This document shows, in pieces, positions 34,824 to 45,152 of a stretch of 64,000 bases of DNA. The number at the start of each line of letters is the position of its first letter. The first letter of the stretch is position 1. Source of the stretch: a virus (Duplodnaviria; Caudoviricetes); IMG/VR virus record IMGVR_UViG_3300038549_000009, positions 259 through 64,258 of that record, one strand, 5' to 3'. A program made the translations under genes and the position numbers. The notes under the pieces are model-generated. The model searched no databases and had not been told where the DNA came from. It saw only the letters and a list, made by a program, of their open reading frames with translations.

Positions 34824-36780
34824 TCAATGCCTCCAGTAGTGTGTTGAGCACGTCCACGGTTGCGGACGCCGTGTTTTTGTTCGCCTGCGAGATGTTCTTC
34901 ACCGCCTCCGACAGCGTCTTGCGGATCGTCGCCTGTGCGGTCTGCGTCGCAAGTTGCTGCGCTTGCTGTTGCGCCCGCTCGCGCGCCGCGCGCTTCTGCA
35001 CGACGACGGCTTCGTCCTCGAGCAAATCTTCAGCGAGATCGCGCACCTTCAGCCGCTCCTCGACGAGGCGCCGTTCCTTGATGTGGTCCATCTGGCTCTC
35101 ATTGAGCGTCACGCTCAACTGATCCAGTTGCAGCGACCGAACTTCCTTGGCGATCAGCGAGGTCGAGCCGCGCGCGATCACCATGAAGTCGCCCTTGATC
35201 TCGGGCTTCGCGCGGAACTCCATGTTCCAGTCGTAGAGCGCGGTGATGGCGCTCGTCGTGAACCGGTCAAAGTTACGCACCACATCGCGGATCGGGAGCG
35301 CGGCGGCGCCCATAATCATCGACGCGCCACCCTGCGTGCGCAGCGCTTCGCTGCCACCTTTGGTCGGATCGCCCAGCGCGGGCGGCGGCAGCGCCGTCTC
35401 GAGGTCCATGAACTCCATGAATGTCTTGAGGACGTTCAGTAGTTCGGGTATGTGCGAGTTGACCGTCACGTCCTGCACCGCGCGATTGCCGGCGTTGGTC
35501 GGACTGCCCTTGCGGCCTTCCTTGATGTAGACCTTGAACGCGTGCGGGTCCCACGGTTGGCCCTCCATCAGGAGGTCCAAGTCCAGCTCGATCATCGGGC
35601 CGGACACGGCGCTGGCGTTGTCGAGCAACATCCGCGCCGCTTCGCAGATCGCCATTTGCGAATCGCGAATGATCTCCGGCAAACCGGAGCCGACCGTGTT
35701 GATATCGTCCTCGGTGTAGACGAACGTGTGGAACGGCGAAGTGGACTTGCGCGCCTCGGGTAGCCGCACCGCCTTAATGATGACATCCCCAATCATGGCG
35801 ACTTGCGCAGTGAACAGCTTGTCCAGCTCACTCGCAGGAACCGCCTCGCCGCTGGCGGTTAACTGCGCTCCGGTCACGCGGCCATAGCCCTCGACGTATT
35901 CGTATTTGTTCGTGGTGATGTCGGCGACGTTCTCGCGGTTAGACTTTTTGGAGCGCAGGTCTTTCTCCCAGTCCTCCTCCATGTAGTTGCCGGTCGGATA
36001 TTTCTTGAGCACCTCGTCGACCATCTCCGACATGAAATCCGGCCGGTCACGCAGCTCCGCGACAGACGCGCGCGACATCGGATTGCGCTCGAACTCCCAG
36101 TCGTATTGTTCCTTGCACTTGGCCGAGAGATCGGGATAGTAGTTCCAGACCGGGACGAACTCGAACATGGGCTTCAGCCGCGTGCTCGTCTCCGCCACGT
36201 AGGCGCCGTTGATATTCTTGAGCCACGTCCGCACCGTTTCTTTCAGGTGATACGGGCCCTTCATGACGCCCAAGCCGAAGATCACGCCGCTGAAGACAAC
36301 CTTGCGCGCGAGCGTGATGTATTCCATCTCGTCCAGCTCGTCCGCGATCTCCGTGCTCATTTTCTCCGCGCGCTCCTGCGCGATCAGCCGGACCTGCCGC
36401 TCGATCTCGTTATTCGTGGGAGTGTTGGGGACGACGGCCTTCTCCGTCGCGAGCTTGATCGCGGCGGCCGTATCTTCCTCGGAGAGATTGGGCACCTTGG
36501 TCGCCTCGACCGCCCAGTTCTTTTCGGACTGGGGGAACATCATCTCCATGATGCGGGCGACCGTGCCGATCGCCTTAACCCGCGTAGCCCGTGGATACGC
36601 GCGCGAGCCATCCTTGCGGAATTTCTTCTCGACCTCGGGATCGTAGTGCCCCTTGGTCTGCCGCAGATTCCGGAGCCACTGCTGCTCGACTTCGTAACGG
36701 TTTTTCTTGTAGGTGGCGAACGTCTGACGGAGGTTTACCCCCATCGAGTCCAGCAGCCTGCGGTCGGTAATCGTCGCCAT
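34732..36780 (-). CDS. portal protein
   Basis: follows TerL; G.G..KGP, YPD, G.GLP..IRD.Q, DNA...GP motifs. Confidence 0.85.
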   Translation of the reverse strand: MATITDRRLLDSMGVNLRQTFATYKKNRYEVEQQWLRNLRQTKGHYDPEVEKKFRKDGSRAYPRATRVKAIGTVARIMEMMFPQSEKNWAVEATKVPNLSEEDTAAAIKLATEKAVVPNTPTNNEIERQVRLIAQERAEKMSTEIADELDEMEYITLARKVVFSGVIFGLGVMKGPYHLKETVRTWLKNINGAYVAETSTRLKPMFEFVPVWNYYPDLSAKCKEQYDWEFERNPMSRASVAELRDRPDFMSEMVDEVLKKYPTGNYMEEDWEKDLRSKKSNRENVADITTNKYEYVEGYGRVTGAQLTASGEAVPASELDKLFTAQVAMIGDVIIKAVRLPEARKSTSPFHTFVYTEDDINTVGSGLPEIIRDSQMAICEAARMLLDNASAVSGPMIELDLDLLMEGQPWDPHAFKVYIKEGRKGSPTNAGNRAVQDVTVNSHIPELLNVLKTFMEFMDLETALPPPALGDPTKGGSEALRTQGGASMIMGAAALPIRDVVRNFDRFTTSAITALYDWNMEFRAKPEIKGDFMVIARGSTSLIAKEVRSLQLDQLSVTLNESQMDHIKERRLVEERLKVRDLAEDLLEDEAVVVQKRAARERAQQQAQQLATQTAQATIRKTLSEAVKNISQANKNTASATVDVLNTLLEALNGTGDNQGAAGGAEGKTASVSGNGGAASRS

Positions 36781-36781
36781 C

Positions 36782-38206
36782 TCAGCTCCTCACATTGTAG
36801 CCGGGGTTACCCGCGAGCTGCGCCAAGACGCGGCGGCGGTAGTCCGCATCGTCGGCGGTCGTCACACCGGTGCGGAAGTGCATGTTCGCATACTCGTCCG
36901 CCTCGCAAACGTGGGAGAAGATGTTCTTCTCTGGCTTGTCCCGGTGTGCGTTTTGCAGACGTAGTTTCTCGTAATGATACCCCCCGGAGAGCCCCCGGAT
37001 CAAGTATCGGCAGCTTGGGTCGATCAGGCACCCGTCGTGCCGAGTGAGGAAGAACTCGGTCGCCTCGCGCCGCACCTTCGCGTCGTTGGTGTAGGCGAGG
37101 CGCACCGCGCGCCGGCTGATCTTCAGCCCCTTCACCAGTATGTCCACGCAGTTCTGCTCGGTCGTCTGCGAACCGTAGCCCCCGCTCGGGTCGCCCGTAA
37201 TGAAGATCGGGAGCCCCCGGAACTTCAGGTTGAGGAGCGGCCGGAGCTTGCGGTCGATGAAGGTCTCGAGCGCCATCGTCTCGTTCTCAAGCGTGATCGC
37301 CTCGGCGAACGTGAGGCTCCGCCCGCGCACGTCCTCCTGCTTGATGACTGCCGCAGGCGTCCTCCCGAAGTCCATCCCGACGACGATCGGGCGGGCCGGG
37401 TCCACGATCAGCGGTGATCTTGCGACGTGGCGCGGCTCGTCGAACTCGGGCTGCACTGGCTTGCCCGCGATCGAGCGGCCGGGGAGCCCGTGGATATACA
37501 TCCGGATGAAGTTCTCGCTCTTGCCCTTCATCATCGTGACGTAGTAGTCGCGCCCGCCCTTCAGGTTCTCCAGATTCTCCGCGTCCTTCGAGAGCCCGCT
37601 CGGCTGCTTGAACACCGCCCAACCGTTGTCCTGCACCGGCTCGTTCGTGTCCGGGTCCAATCCTTCGGCGAGCTGGAAACAGTAGGTGTCCTCGATCGGC
37701 GGGTTGGTGTCGCCCCACATCCCGTCCCATGCGCCGGGCATGTCATACCAGCGGCCGAGCCGCCCGTCGATACCGTCGACGATCTCGCGCTCCATCTCGC
37801 GCTGCTCGTTCAGCCATGCGAAGTTGATCTCGAGCGAGAGCAGGTTCTTCACGTCATCGGGATTGTCGAGCGCGCGGAACATGATCTCGCCCCGGATGTC
37901 GCCGATCTTCACGTAGTAAACCTTCTCGGTCGCGCGATACTCGCCGATCGAGCCGTTAGGGAACCAGTAGAAGAACGTCTTCATTGTCGTGTCGCGGAGC
38001 TGCGGGGTCGTGTTCCGCGTGATGATCGCGCGGCCATGCCGGAATCCGTCGGTCCAGTGCGGACGCTCCGCGAGCCGGCGCACGACCTCCACCGAACAGC
38101 CGGATGACTTGCCCGAGCCGAACGGCCCGGTTAGGAGGCGGCGCCGCGCGTTCGATTGCATGAAGCGCTCGATCGTGCGCGGCGGCTTGTAGGCGAGTTC
38201 CATCAA
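36782..38206 (-). CDS. terL: terminase large subunit
   Basis: GPFGSGKS Walker A, DTNPP, AEN..NL, GMDFG.TPA, GDPSG, SH...EY nuclease motifs. Confidence 0.92.
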   Translation of the reverse strand: MMELAYKPPRTIERFMQSNARRRLLTGPFGSGKSSGCSVEVVRRLAERPHWTDGFRHGRAIITRNTTPQLRDTTMKTFFYWFPNGSIGEYRATEKVYYVKIGDIRGEIMFRALDNPDDVKNLLSLEINFAWLNEQREMEREIVDGIDGRLGRWYDMPGAWDGMWGDTNPPIEDTYCFQLAEGLDPDTNEPVQDNGWAVFKQPSGLSKDAENLENLKGGRDYYVTMMKGKSENFIRMYIHGLPGRSIAGKPVQPEFDEPRHVARSPLIVDPARPIVVGMDFGRTPAAVIKQEDVRGRSLTFAEAITLENETMALETFIDRKLRPLLNLKFRGLPIFITGDPSGGYGSQTTEQNCVDILVKGLKISRRAVRLAYTNDAKVRREATEFFLTRHDGCLIDPSCRYLIRGLSGGYHYEKLRLQNAHRDKPEKNIFSHVCEADEYANMHFRTGVTTADDADYRRRVLAQLAGNPGYNVRS

Positions 38207-38463
38207 TCGTCCAGCGTGTCCGGGAAGATGTAGCGCCCGTGCGCGTTGGCGTGCGCGTCGCGCCGGCCGTTCCAGTATTCAGTCGCGCGCGTTGCCTGCA
38301 CGGACTGCGCCAAAGCCTTGTTCATCCACTCGGCCACGATCTGCCCAACTGCCGGGCCCATGCGGCCCCAGCGGAAGACGGCCGTGGCGAGCGTGCCGCG
38401 CGGGAGCTTGAAGCTAACGCGGACTTGCAGCCAGCCGTCGCGGTGTTCAAACGAGAGGTTCAT
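38203..38463 (-). CDS. hypothetical protein
   Basis: GGAGGG RBS; coupled to terL. Confidence 0.5.
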   Translation of the reverse strand: MNLSFEHRDGWLQVRVSFKLPRGTLATAVFRWGRMGPAVGQIVAEWMNKALAQSVQATRATEYWNGRRDAHANAHGRYIFPDTLDD

Positions 38464-38656
38464 GTTCCCTCCGCACTCCACGCCGCCCGTCCTCGAAGCC
38501 GTCGTGATACGCCTGCCGGCGCACCCGCTTCAACTCGTGTCGAAAGAAATGGTTAATCCGAGCCATCGCCTCGTCCGCGATGATCTCGTCCGCCTCGCGC
38601 TTCAAGAACCGATCGAGGTGCCACTCGTAAATAGCGTTCAGCATCCACTGGATCAT
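38447..38656 (-). CDS. hypothetical protein
   Basis: coupled ORF in the packaging module. Confidence 0.5.
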   Translation of the reverse strand: MIQWMLNAIYEWHLDRFLKREADEIIADEAMARINHFFRHELKRVRRQAYHDGFEDGRRGVRREHEPLV

Positions 38657-39222
38657 GTGCCCTCTCCCTTCACCGGTGTCACGTCGATCGCCGGGCGCTC
38701 CTCGCCCACGACGATAGTCGGTCGGCCGGCACCGGGGTCGCTGAAGATGATCTTCAGCGAGAACCCCGAGCCGCCTCCCGAGCCTGCCCCCCCTTCCCCA
38801 TCTTTTCCGGGATCAAGTCCCGCTACGCGCGAGTGCCACTTGATCGAATCCATTCTCACCGCCGGCGCTACGTCCGGGTCGGTCGCGAGCATGAACGCGT
38901 GCTCGAGCAGTTCTTCCGCTTGGAGCTTCGCCTTCGTCTTGAAGCTCAGGCCCTCGCTCACGATCACCGCGCGGTATCCCTTCACGAGCTTCGTGAAAGT
39001 GTCGTTCTGCAACAGCTTGGCACCCTGCTCCGGGGTGAGGCCGTAGTGCTCGAGGGTTTCCTCGGGCGTCTCGATCTGCATGGCCAGATCGAAAGGCAGC
39101 CGCGCCGGCCAGCCGTTGCGCTTGGCGATCGCCGCGAGCTGCACCTTCTCGGAATCCGCCCGGCCGGGGGCCTCCCCGCCCGCCGCCCGCATGAACCCGT
39201 CGAATGGTGACTCGGTCGCCAT
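38653..39222 (-). CDS. terS: terminase small subunit (putative)
   Basis: helical G.SF..KA...AE.LL and P.VR.D.IKW motifs; upstream of terL. Confidence 0.7.
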   Translation of the reverse strand: MATESPFDGFMRAAGGEAPGRADSEKVQLAAIAKRNGWPARLPFDLAMQIETPEETLEHYGLTPEQGAKLLQNDTFTKLVKGYRAVIVSEGLSFKTKAKLQAEELLEHAFMLATDPDVAPAVRMDSIKWHSRVAGLDPGKDGEGGAGSGGGSGFSLKIIFSDPGAGRPTIVVGEERPAIDVTPVKGEGT

Positions 39223-39228
39223 CAGTGC

Positions 39229-39257
39229 ATCCTACGGGGTTCTGCCGCGCCTGTCAA
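39229..39257 (-). promoter_or_regulatory. sigma70-type promoter, leaderless with terS
   Basis: TTGACA-N17-TAGGAT, ATG 6 nt downstream. Confidence 0.7.
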
Positions 39258-39262
39258 GTATT

Positions 39263-39979
39263 TCACTGCGTCAATTCCTTGACGGTATCGAGGAAGCCCT
39301 GCACCGCGCTGATCGGCACGGCGTAGCCCACGTTGTTAAATTCTTGACGCTCGATCATGATCGCCCGGTTGAGCCCGACGAGCACCCACCGTCCCTGCTG
39401 GTAGCCGAATAGGCCCCCACCGCTGTTCCCGGTGGACAGCCATGCGGTGTGCTGAATGAATGCCCCGCCTTGGCTCTGGACCAGCCCCATCGTCAACCAC
39501 TGCTGCCGGATCGCCCGGACGCGCGGGAACCCAACCGCGACCACGGGTTCGTCCTGCACCGGGTCGTAACCCAGCGGGGCACATGGACATTTCAGCGCGG
39601 GCGAGTGCACGAGCGCCAAGTCGAACCCCGGCCCGGTAGCGGCGACGGTCAGGGGAAACGTCCCCTCCCCGGTAACCACCTCGAGTGTCGTGGCATTCTC
39701 CGCCAGCTCTGCCCGGCTGACTGCATGGTAGACCGTCACGGCGTAGCCGGGGCGGATCACCACGATCGAAGCGCTGGCGACGAAGACGCCGCTGGCCGCG
39801 CGCTGGAACATCGGGAGCACGTAGCCCCGCGTGACGCTGAACTCGGCAGCCTGCGCCGGCCGGGGCCAGAATATCCACGCTGCGAACGCGGCTACCGCTA
39901 TCCACGTCAGGATGGTGGCCGCAGCCGCGATCGTCGCAGCTATGATGCTGAATCGGCTCGACTTGTCGTTGGTGTCCAT
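39263..39979 (-). CDS. membrane-anchored trypsin-like serine protease
   Basis: N-terminal TM; TVYHAV (His), DLALV (Asp), GNSGGGL (Ser). Confidence 0.85.
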   Translation of the reverse strand: MDTNDKSSRFSIIAATIAAAATILTWIAVAAFAAWIFWPRPAQAAEFSVTRGYVLPMFQRAASGVFVASASIVVIRPGYAVTVYHAVSRAELAENATTLEVVTGEGTFPLTVAATGPGFDLALVHSPALKCPCAPLGYDPVQDEPVVAVGFPRVRAIRQQWLTMGLVQSQGGAFIQHTAWLSTGNSGGGLFGYQQGRWVLVGLNRAIMIERQEFNNVGYAVPISAVQGFLDTVKELTQ

Positions 39980-39999
39980 GAAGCCTCCCGGTTTACGGT

Positions 40000-41330
40000 A
40001 AGTGGGTCCTGCCGTAGTGAGACTACGATGTCGGGCTCGAGTTCAATCGAACGTCGGCACTTGCGCGTAACTGCCGACGTTTTATGCCGGCGGCAGGCTA
40101 CATCCTGCCTCTAACCTCTTGACCGGCAGGGTATATCCTGCCCCGGCCGTATGCAGAACCGCGCTCGAGCTGTCGAGTTTCGTGTATGCGCGGGGGCTCG
40201 AATCACGACACATAAGCCGCCGGATGTGTCGCGAATGCTAGGCGTTAAAGGGTATAGCGCCCAAGACGTTAGGGGGTGTAACGAACTTGACACATTCTAA
40301 AAATGGCCTGTGCTATACGAGGGAGGGAACTGCTGGAATACCGCGCGCGCGTTCCCCCCAGCGCCGCCCCCTAACCGCCCGAAAGAATTCTTTTTTCTAG
40401 GCCGCGACCGCACGCCGCGCGACCGCATAACGCCGGGGGGTTAGGCGGCCCGGCAGCGGGGGGCGCGTCAAGCCCGCGTGCCCGATAGTCTTGATTCTAA
40501 AGGATAAACGGGCTAACAGCGCTCACGTTCCGGGCTCGAACGCGCGACAGCAGAACGGGAAAACTGTTAGGATTCAATGATCTTAGAGGATTAACTTCAG
40601 GAATGCCGTGAGGTCCGGCCCTCGTGGACACAAGTCCGGGCCGAGCTTGATCTCATGCCATCAAGGGCTTAGCGCAGCGCTCTTGTCAACTATCCATAAA
40701 TCGCTGATTTTAGAAGTGATAATTACGCGCGAGGGGCCGATTCTGATCGGTTAACGTGTTAGCACCCCGCTATACGTGAGCGGTCATACCTCCTAACTGC
40801 TAGGCGTGCTTCTAGGTTGTCCGAAAACCATACATATCGCGCTGATTTAACAGGATCATTTTCCCGCGAGCTTGTCACCGCGCGGGCCCGTCCTCCGATG
40901 TCACTTTAACTATGTGCTCTAAGATCACTGAATTTAAACGCCTAACGGTTTCGCGAGTGTCGCGAGCTTGACGCCGGGCCCGCTCGAGTGCGTGCACCGG
41001 TCCCGCTCGAGCGCTCGAGCCGGCCGCCGCGAGCCGGCAGGGCGTGCTAGAGGCGGGCGAGCCCAGTGCACCGGGACGCCGGCGGGCCGCGCGCTTGCGC
41101 CGTCCCCGCGCCACCTCGAGCGCGTGCCGGGGCGACTGCCGGACGCCGGCGCCGGGCCCGCGACTCGAGCGCGCCTCGAGCCCGCACGGGGGGCAAGCGC
41201 CGGGCCCGGCCGGGGGCGTGCTGGCATGATTCTTGTCCGACGAACGGCGGGGCCCGGAGCGTGTAAACGCTTGACGCCGGGGCCGGCGAGGCGGAGAATC
41301 GCGCACAGCGCGACGGGGGGCCCGGAGCGC
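40000..41330. other. non-coding divergent region, probable genome terminus/origin
   Basis: no credible ORF; AT-richer core; inverted and direct repeats; transcription diverges from it. Confidence 0.6.
41271..41299 (+). promoter_or_regulatory. early sigma70-type promoter
   Basis: TTGACG-N17-GAGAAT ahead of the first early gene. Confidence 0.55.
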
Positions 41331-41354
41331 ATCAACCTAGAGGAGCATGACATC

Positions 41355-41936
41355 ATGACAACCAAGCAGCAATACGAGACGCGCGAGGAATGGCTGCAAG
41401 CGTGCGTGGACCTTTTCCGGCCGGCATTCAAAGCGGCCGGGGAGCCGCTGCGCGAAACCATTCGCGCCTCGTGCGCATTCCCGCGCCGCTCGCGCGGTAA
41501 GGCCATCGGGCAACACTGGCCGGTCAACTACAGCACCGACAAGCACGACGAGATATTCATCTCGCCCGTGCTCGACGAGCCGCTGCGGGTGGCCGACGTG
41601 CTGGCGCACGAGTTGTGCCACACCCATCACTCGAACCATAAGGCGCGCACATTCGGCAAGCTCGCCCGCGCGCTCGAGCTTGAGGGCAAGCTCACGGCGA
41701 CCATCGGCGGGGAGAAATTTAAACAGCGCTTTGGAGCCGCCATCGCGAAGCTAGGGCCCTATCCGCACGGCGCGATGACCGAGCGCTCGCGGCCGACGGG
41801 CGGGCAGTCCACGCGCCTGCTCAAGTGCGAGTGCAAGGGGTGCGGCTACCTCGCACGCGTCACGCGTAAATGGATCGACGAGGCCGGCGCGCCCATCTGC
41901 CCGGCGTGCGAATCGTCGCTGGAGGTGGCCGGCTAG
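41355..41936 (+). CDS. SprT-like zincin metallopeptidase with C-terminal Zn ribbon
   Basis: HELCH...H, EIFISP, C.C..C and C..C; AGAGGAG RBS. Confidence 0.8.
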   Translation: MTTKQQYETREEWLQACVDLFRPAFKAAGEPLRETIRASCAFPRRSRGKAIGQHWPVNYSTDKHDEIFISPVLDEPLRVADVLAHELCHTHHSNHKARTFGKLARALELEGKLTATIGGEKFKQRFGAAIAKLGPYPHGAMTERSRPTGGQSTRLLKCECKGCGYLARVTRKWIDEAGAPICPACESSLEVAG

Positions 41937-41937
41937 T

Positions 41938-44216
41938 CCGACCTCGTGCGGCTCCTCCGGGGGCCGCACCGGGGCGCACTAACGCGCCTAACTGGAGGCA
42001 TCATGCAAATTGTGTTCATTGAATCCGACGCCGGCGGCTTCCGGCTAGACGCGGACGGGCGCACCGTCGTCGAGCGCGTCATCAAGCGCGTGCAAGGGCT
42101 AGGCGCCCCGCTGCCGTGCGGGATGTTCGCGCGCTATACCGTGACGCGCTTCGAGTCCGGCCGCGAGCTTGTCGAGGGCGTGCTGCAAGCGCGCCGCGCC
42201 GGCGGCCGGCGCTACTTCTCCGACCTGAGCGAGACCGCCGCACAGCGCCGGCTGCTCAGGTGGTCCGCGCGCATCCTGCGCGAGCGGGCCGGGGAGGTGG
42301 CGCATGATTAACTTCCGCGAAAAATCACTGGCCGAGCTTGCCTACATCATTGAGGATGCGAGTGAGGCCGCGCTTGCAATGCGCGGGCACGATGACCGGG
42401 CCGAGGCTAAATACCTCGACCAAGTCAACGACGCCAGCACCGAGCTTGCGCGCCGGCAGCGGGGCCGGGGCCGCCTGTATGGCCGCCGGCACGACGACGA
42501 GCGCACCGACCAGTTGAGCCCGGCCCCGGTAGTTTGGCCGCGCACGCCGGTCAAACGCGAGGGAGGGCAATCATGAGCACCGCACTTGCACAAGCGTATA
42601 GAGCCCGCGCCCGTCACATCGTCGAGCGCGATTGTCACGTCACGGCTACCGTGCGCGCGGCCGTCTACCACGTCATCACGCGCCTCGCCGACAAGCGCGC
42701 GCAATACTGGCGCATGGCCCGCGACGAGCGCCGGGCCCTTTGGCTAGGCGCGCGTGACGGCGTGCGGGGTAACCTCTGGCTGTATCGCGAGGCTACACGT
42801 AGCCGAGGAGGGACGGGCTCATGACGACATTTAAACGCCTAACCCCGCCACAGCGCGAGCTTGCCGCCGTGCTGCGCGCGCGGGGCGTAGTCATCCTGAC
42901 GCCTGAGAACGCGCGCCCGTTGCACGCGTTGAAGCGCCGGGGGCTCGCCCGCTTCGGGCTCGACGTGCACGGCCGGCGGGTGGCATTCCTGCGCCTGACG
43001 GCCGCACAGAAGCGCGCCAATGCCCGCGAGGACCGCGCGACCATTGCGGCCCTTGCCGCGTATGACGCGCTGCCGCTGGAGGGCGGCGGACTGCCGGCCG
43101 GCAAGGGCCGGGGGCGCAAGCTCACGCACGGCGAGGACGGCCGGCGAGTGTGGCCAGAATTCTATGGTAGCTTTTCCCCGGAAGGGGGCGTATAATCGCG
43201 ACTCCCTGCGCCTGCGCGAGCGGGTGCAGTGGGGCGCAATTCCGCGCCACACAACCTAGAGGAGCACTGGACCATGAGAACCGAAGCACAACGCGAAGCC
43301 GCACGCCGCGCGGTAGTCCGCGCGAATCTGCGCCTCGCGAAAGAACTGCTGGACGCGCTCAAGCGCAACCAGTCCGACCGCTGGACGCTACGGCGGCGCG
43401 TGCGCGCGCTGTTGCGGCGCGTGGAAAGGGAGGGCGTCTAACATGGCACGCTATACCGCACGCATCAGGCAATATGAAATCGAGGACACCGACGAGCTTT
43501 ATCGTCTGGAGCTTTCGACCTATAACAGCGAGGACGGCGCGCAAATCGAACTGACCGCCGACTACTTCGGGCCCGGCGGGCTGGACACCGCGCGCACCGT
43601 TGCGGCCGCGTGGGAAACGGGCGGCCAGTTTGTGCGCCTCATTCTCGCGTGCGTCCCGCTGCACGAGTTTTCCGGGCGCTTCGAGCCCCGATTCATTGGG
43701 GACGTGCCCGTCTACATCCGGAAGGGGGTGCAATCATGAGGGGCGGACTCGAATCAGCGGCGCGCTGGAACGCGCATTTTGCGCGCGAGGCCGACCGCAA
43801 CCGCGAGGCGACCATCCGGGCGCTGCGCACCCTAACGGCCGAGATACAGGCACGCTTCGCGCCCGAGCAGGCGCGTGAGGACGGCTTCTGGAGCGTCTGG
43901 TATGAATGGCACAAGACCGTGGAGGCCGTGCGCGTGCCGATGGGCAACCTCTACTATTACGCGCAAGGCGGCGGCTACGGGCCGAGCGCTGTATTCGAGG
44001 AATTTAAACGCATCGTCGAGCGCCGGCCCATCCCTGAGCCGCGCCCGGAGCCGGCCACGCGCGGCACGCATACCAAGCTCACCGGCAAGCTGGCGCGCGA
44101 CTTCCGCGCTGAGCTTGCGGGCCCGGCACCCGAGCAGGGAGCGCTAGACTTGCGGAAGGACTAGCCCGACCTCGTGCGGCTGGAGGGCCGCACCGGGGCG
44201 CGCTATTCGGCACGCC
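41938..44216 (+). repeat. three copies of a two-hairpin leader element (41938-41988, 43199-43248, 44166-44216)
   Basis: CGAC-stem1-GGGGCGC-loop-CGCC, each followed by a strong RBS. Confidence 0.7.
43168..43196 (+). promoter_or_regulatory. putative early promoter
   Basis: TAGCTT-N17-TATAAT. Confidence 0.5.
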
Positions 44217-44816
44217 ATAACCTAGAGGAGCACGACACCATGACAACGCAAGCAGTAAGGCACGACCCGCGCCGCGAAAGCGTGCAGCGCTTCGAGCAAG
44301 CCGAGCAGCACCGCGAAGGGCTGCGCTTCACGGGAGCACAGCGCGACGACAAGGTGCGCATCACGCGCTACCGCGACGGCGTCGTCGTCGAGATCATCGA
44401 GAAGCGCATCAAGGTCGACGAGCGCGTGCGCAAGGGGCGCAAGCGCCGCAAGACTATCGCCAATTTCCCGAGCAAGACCGCGAGGACGCGCGCCAAGCTC
44501 GCGCGGGAGCGGCGCAAAGCGGAAGCCGCCGCCGTGCTGGACGCGGCCGAGCGGGCCGGGCTGGAGAACGCGCGCGAGCCGTTCGACATCGAGACCGCTT
44601 ACGGCGTGGACGTGGACGGGCCCGCGCCGTTTAACTTCAACCTAGTCCGCTAGGGGGGCACATGAGCACGCTTCTATTGCTGCTATTCTTAGGGGCCGGG
44701 GCTCAGGCCGCCTCGCTCGTCTACAGCGAGCGGCCGGGCGACATCTCCAGCAACATCGCGCTGCTGGCGCTGTGGGCATACTTCATTACGCGCGAGATCA
44801 TCGAGCGGGGGGTGTC

Positions 44817-45152
44817 ATGAGCCCACAATACGCCTCGCCGCGCGTGGGGCAGTCCTGCGCGTGGGGCAAGATTCAGACGGCCGAGGAGATCGCGCCCGGT
44901 ATCGTGCGCATCACGACGGCCGGGCACGGGGGCTATTGGCTGAGCCCGGAGCGCCGGGCCGACATGCCGCTCCAGTATCGAGTCATCCGCACGTTCGCCG
45001 GCGGCCCGTGGTATGAGGAGGACTGTGACTGGAGCCTCGTCGTGCTATCGTTCCCGGAGCACTTCGACGCAAAGACGCGCCAAGCGGCGGCCGACACTGT
45101 CGAGTGGCTGGACGCTAACAGCGAGCGGTTTATCGGGAGGGCCAAGGCATGA
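44817..45152 (+). CDS. DUF7007-like protein
   Basis: WG..Q, PGI..I.TAGHGG..LS.ER, WYEEDC.W motifs. Confidence 0.7.
   Translation: MSPQYASPRVGQSCAWGKIQTAEEIAPGIVRITTAGHGGYWLSPERRADMPLQYRVIRTFAGGPWYEEDCDWSLVVLSFPEHFDAKTRQAAADTVEWLDANSERFIGRAKA

Noticed and set aside
40968-41354. N-terminal extension of the SprT-like ORF shown in the ORF track
   Set aside because: A promoter and strong RBS point to ATG 41355; the extension is GC-rich low-information sequence
41938-44216. Early hairpin elements as hammerhead ribozymes or intrinsic terminators
   Set aside because: No CUGAnGA/GAAA core and no U-tract
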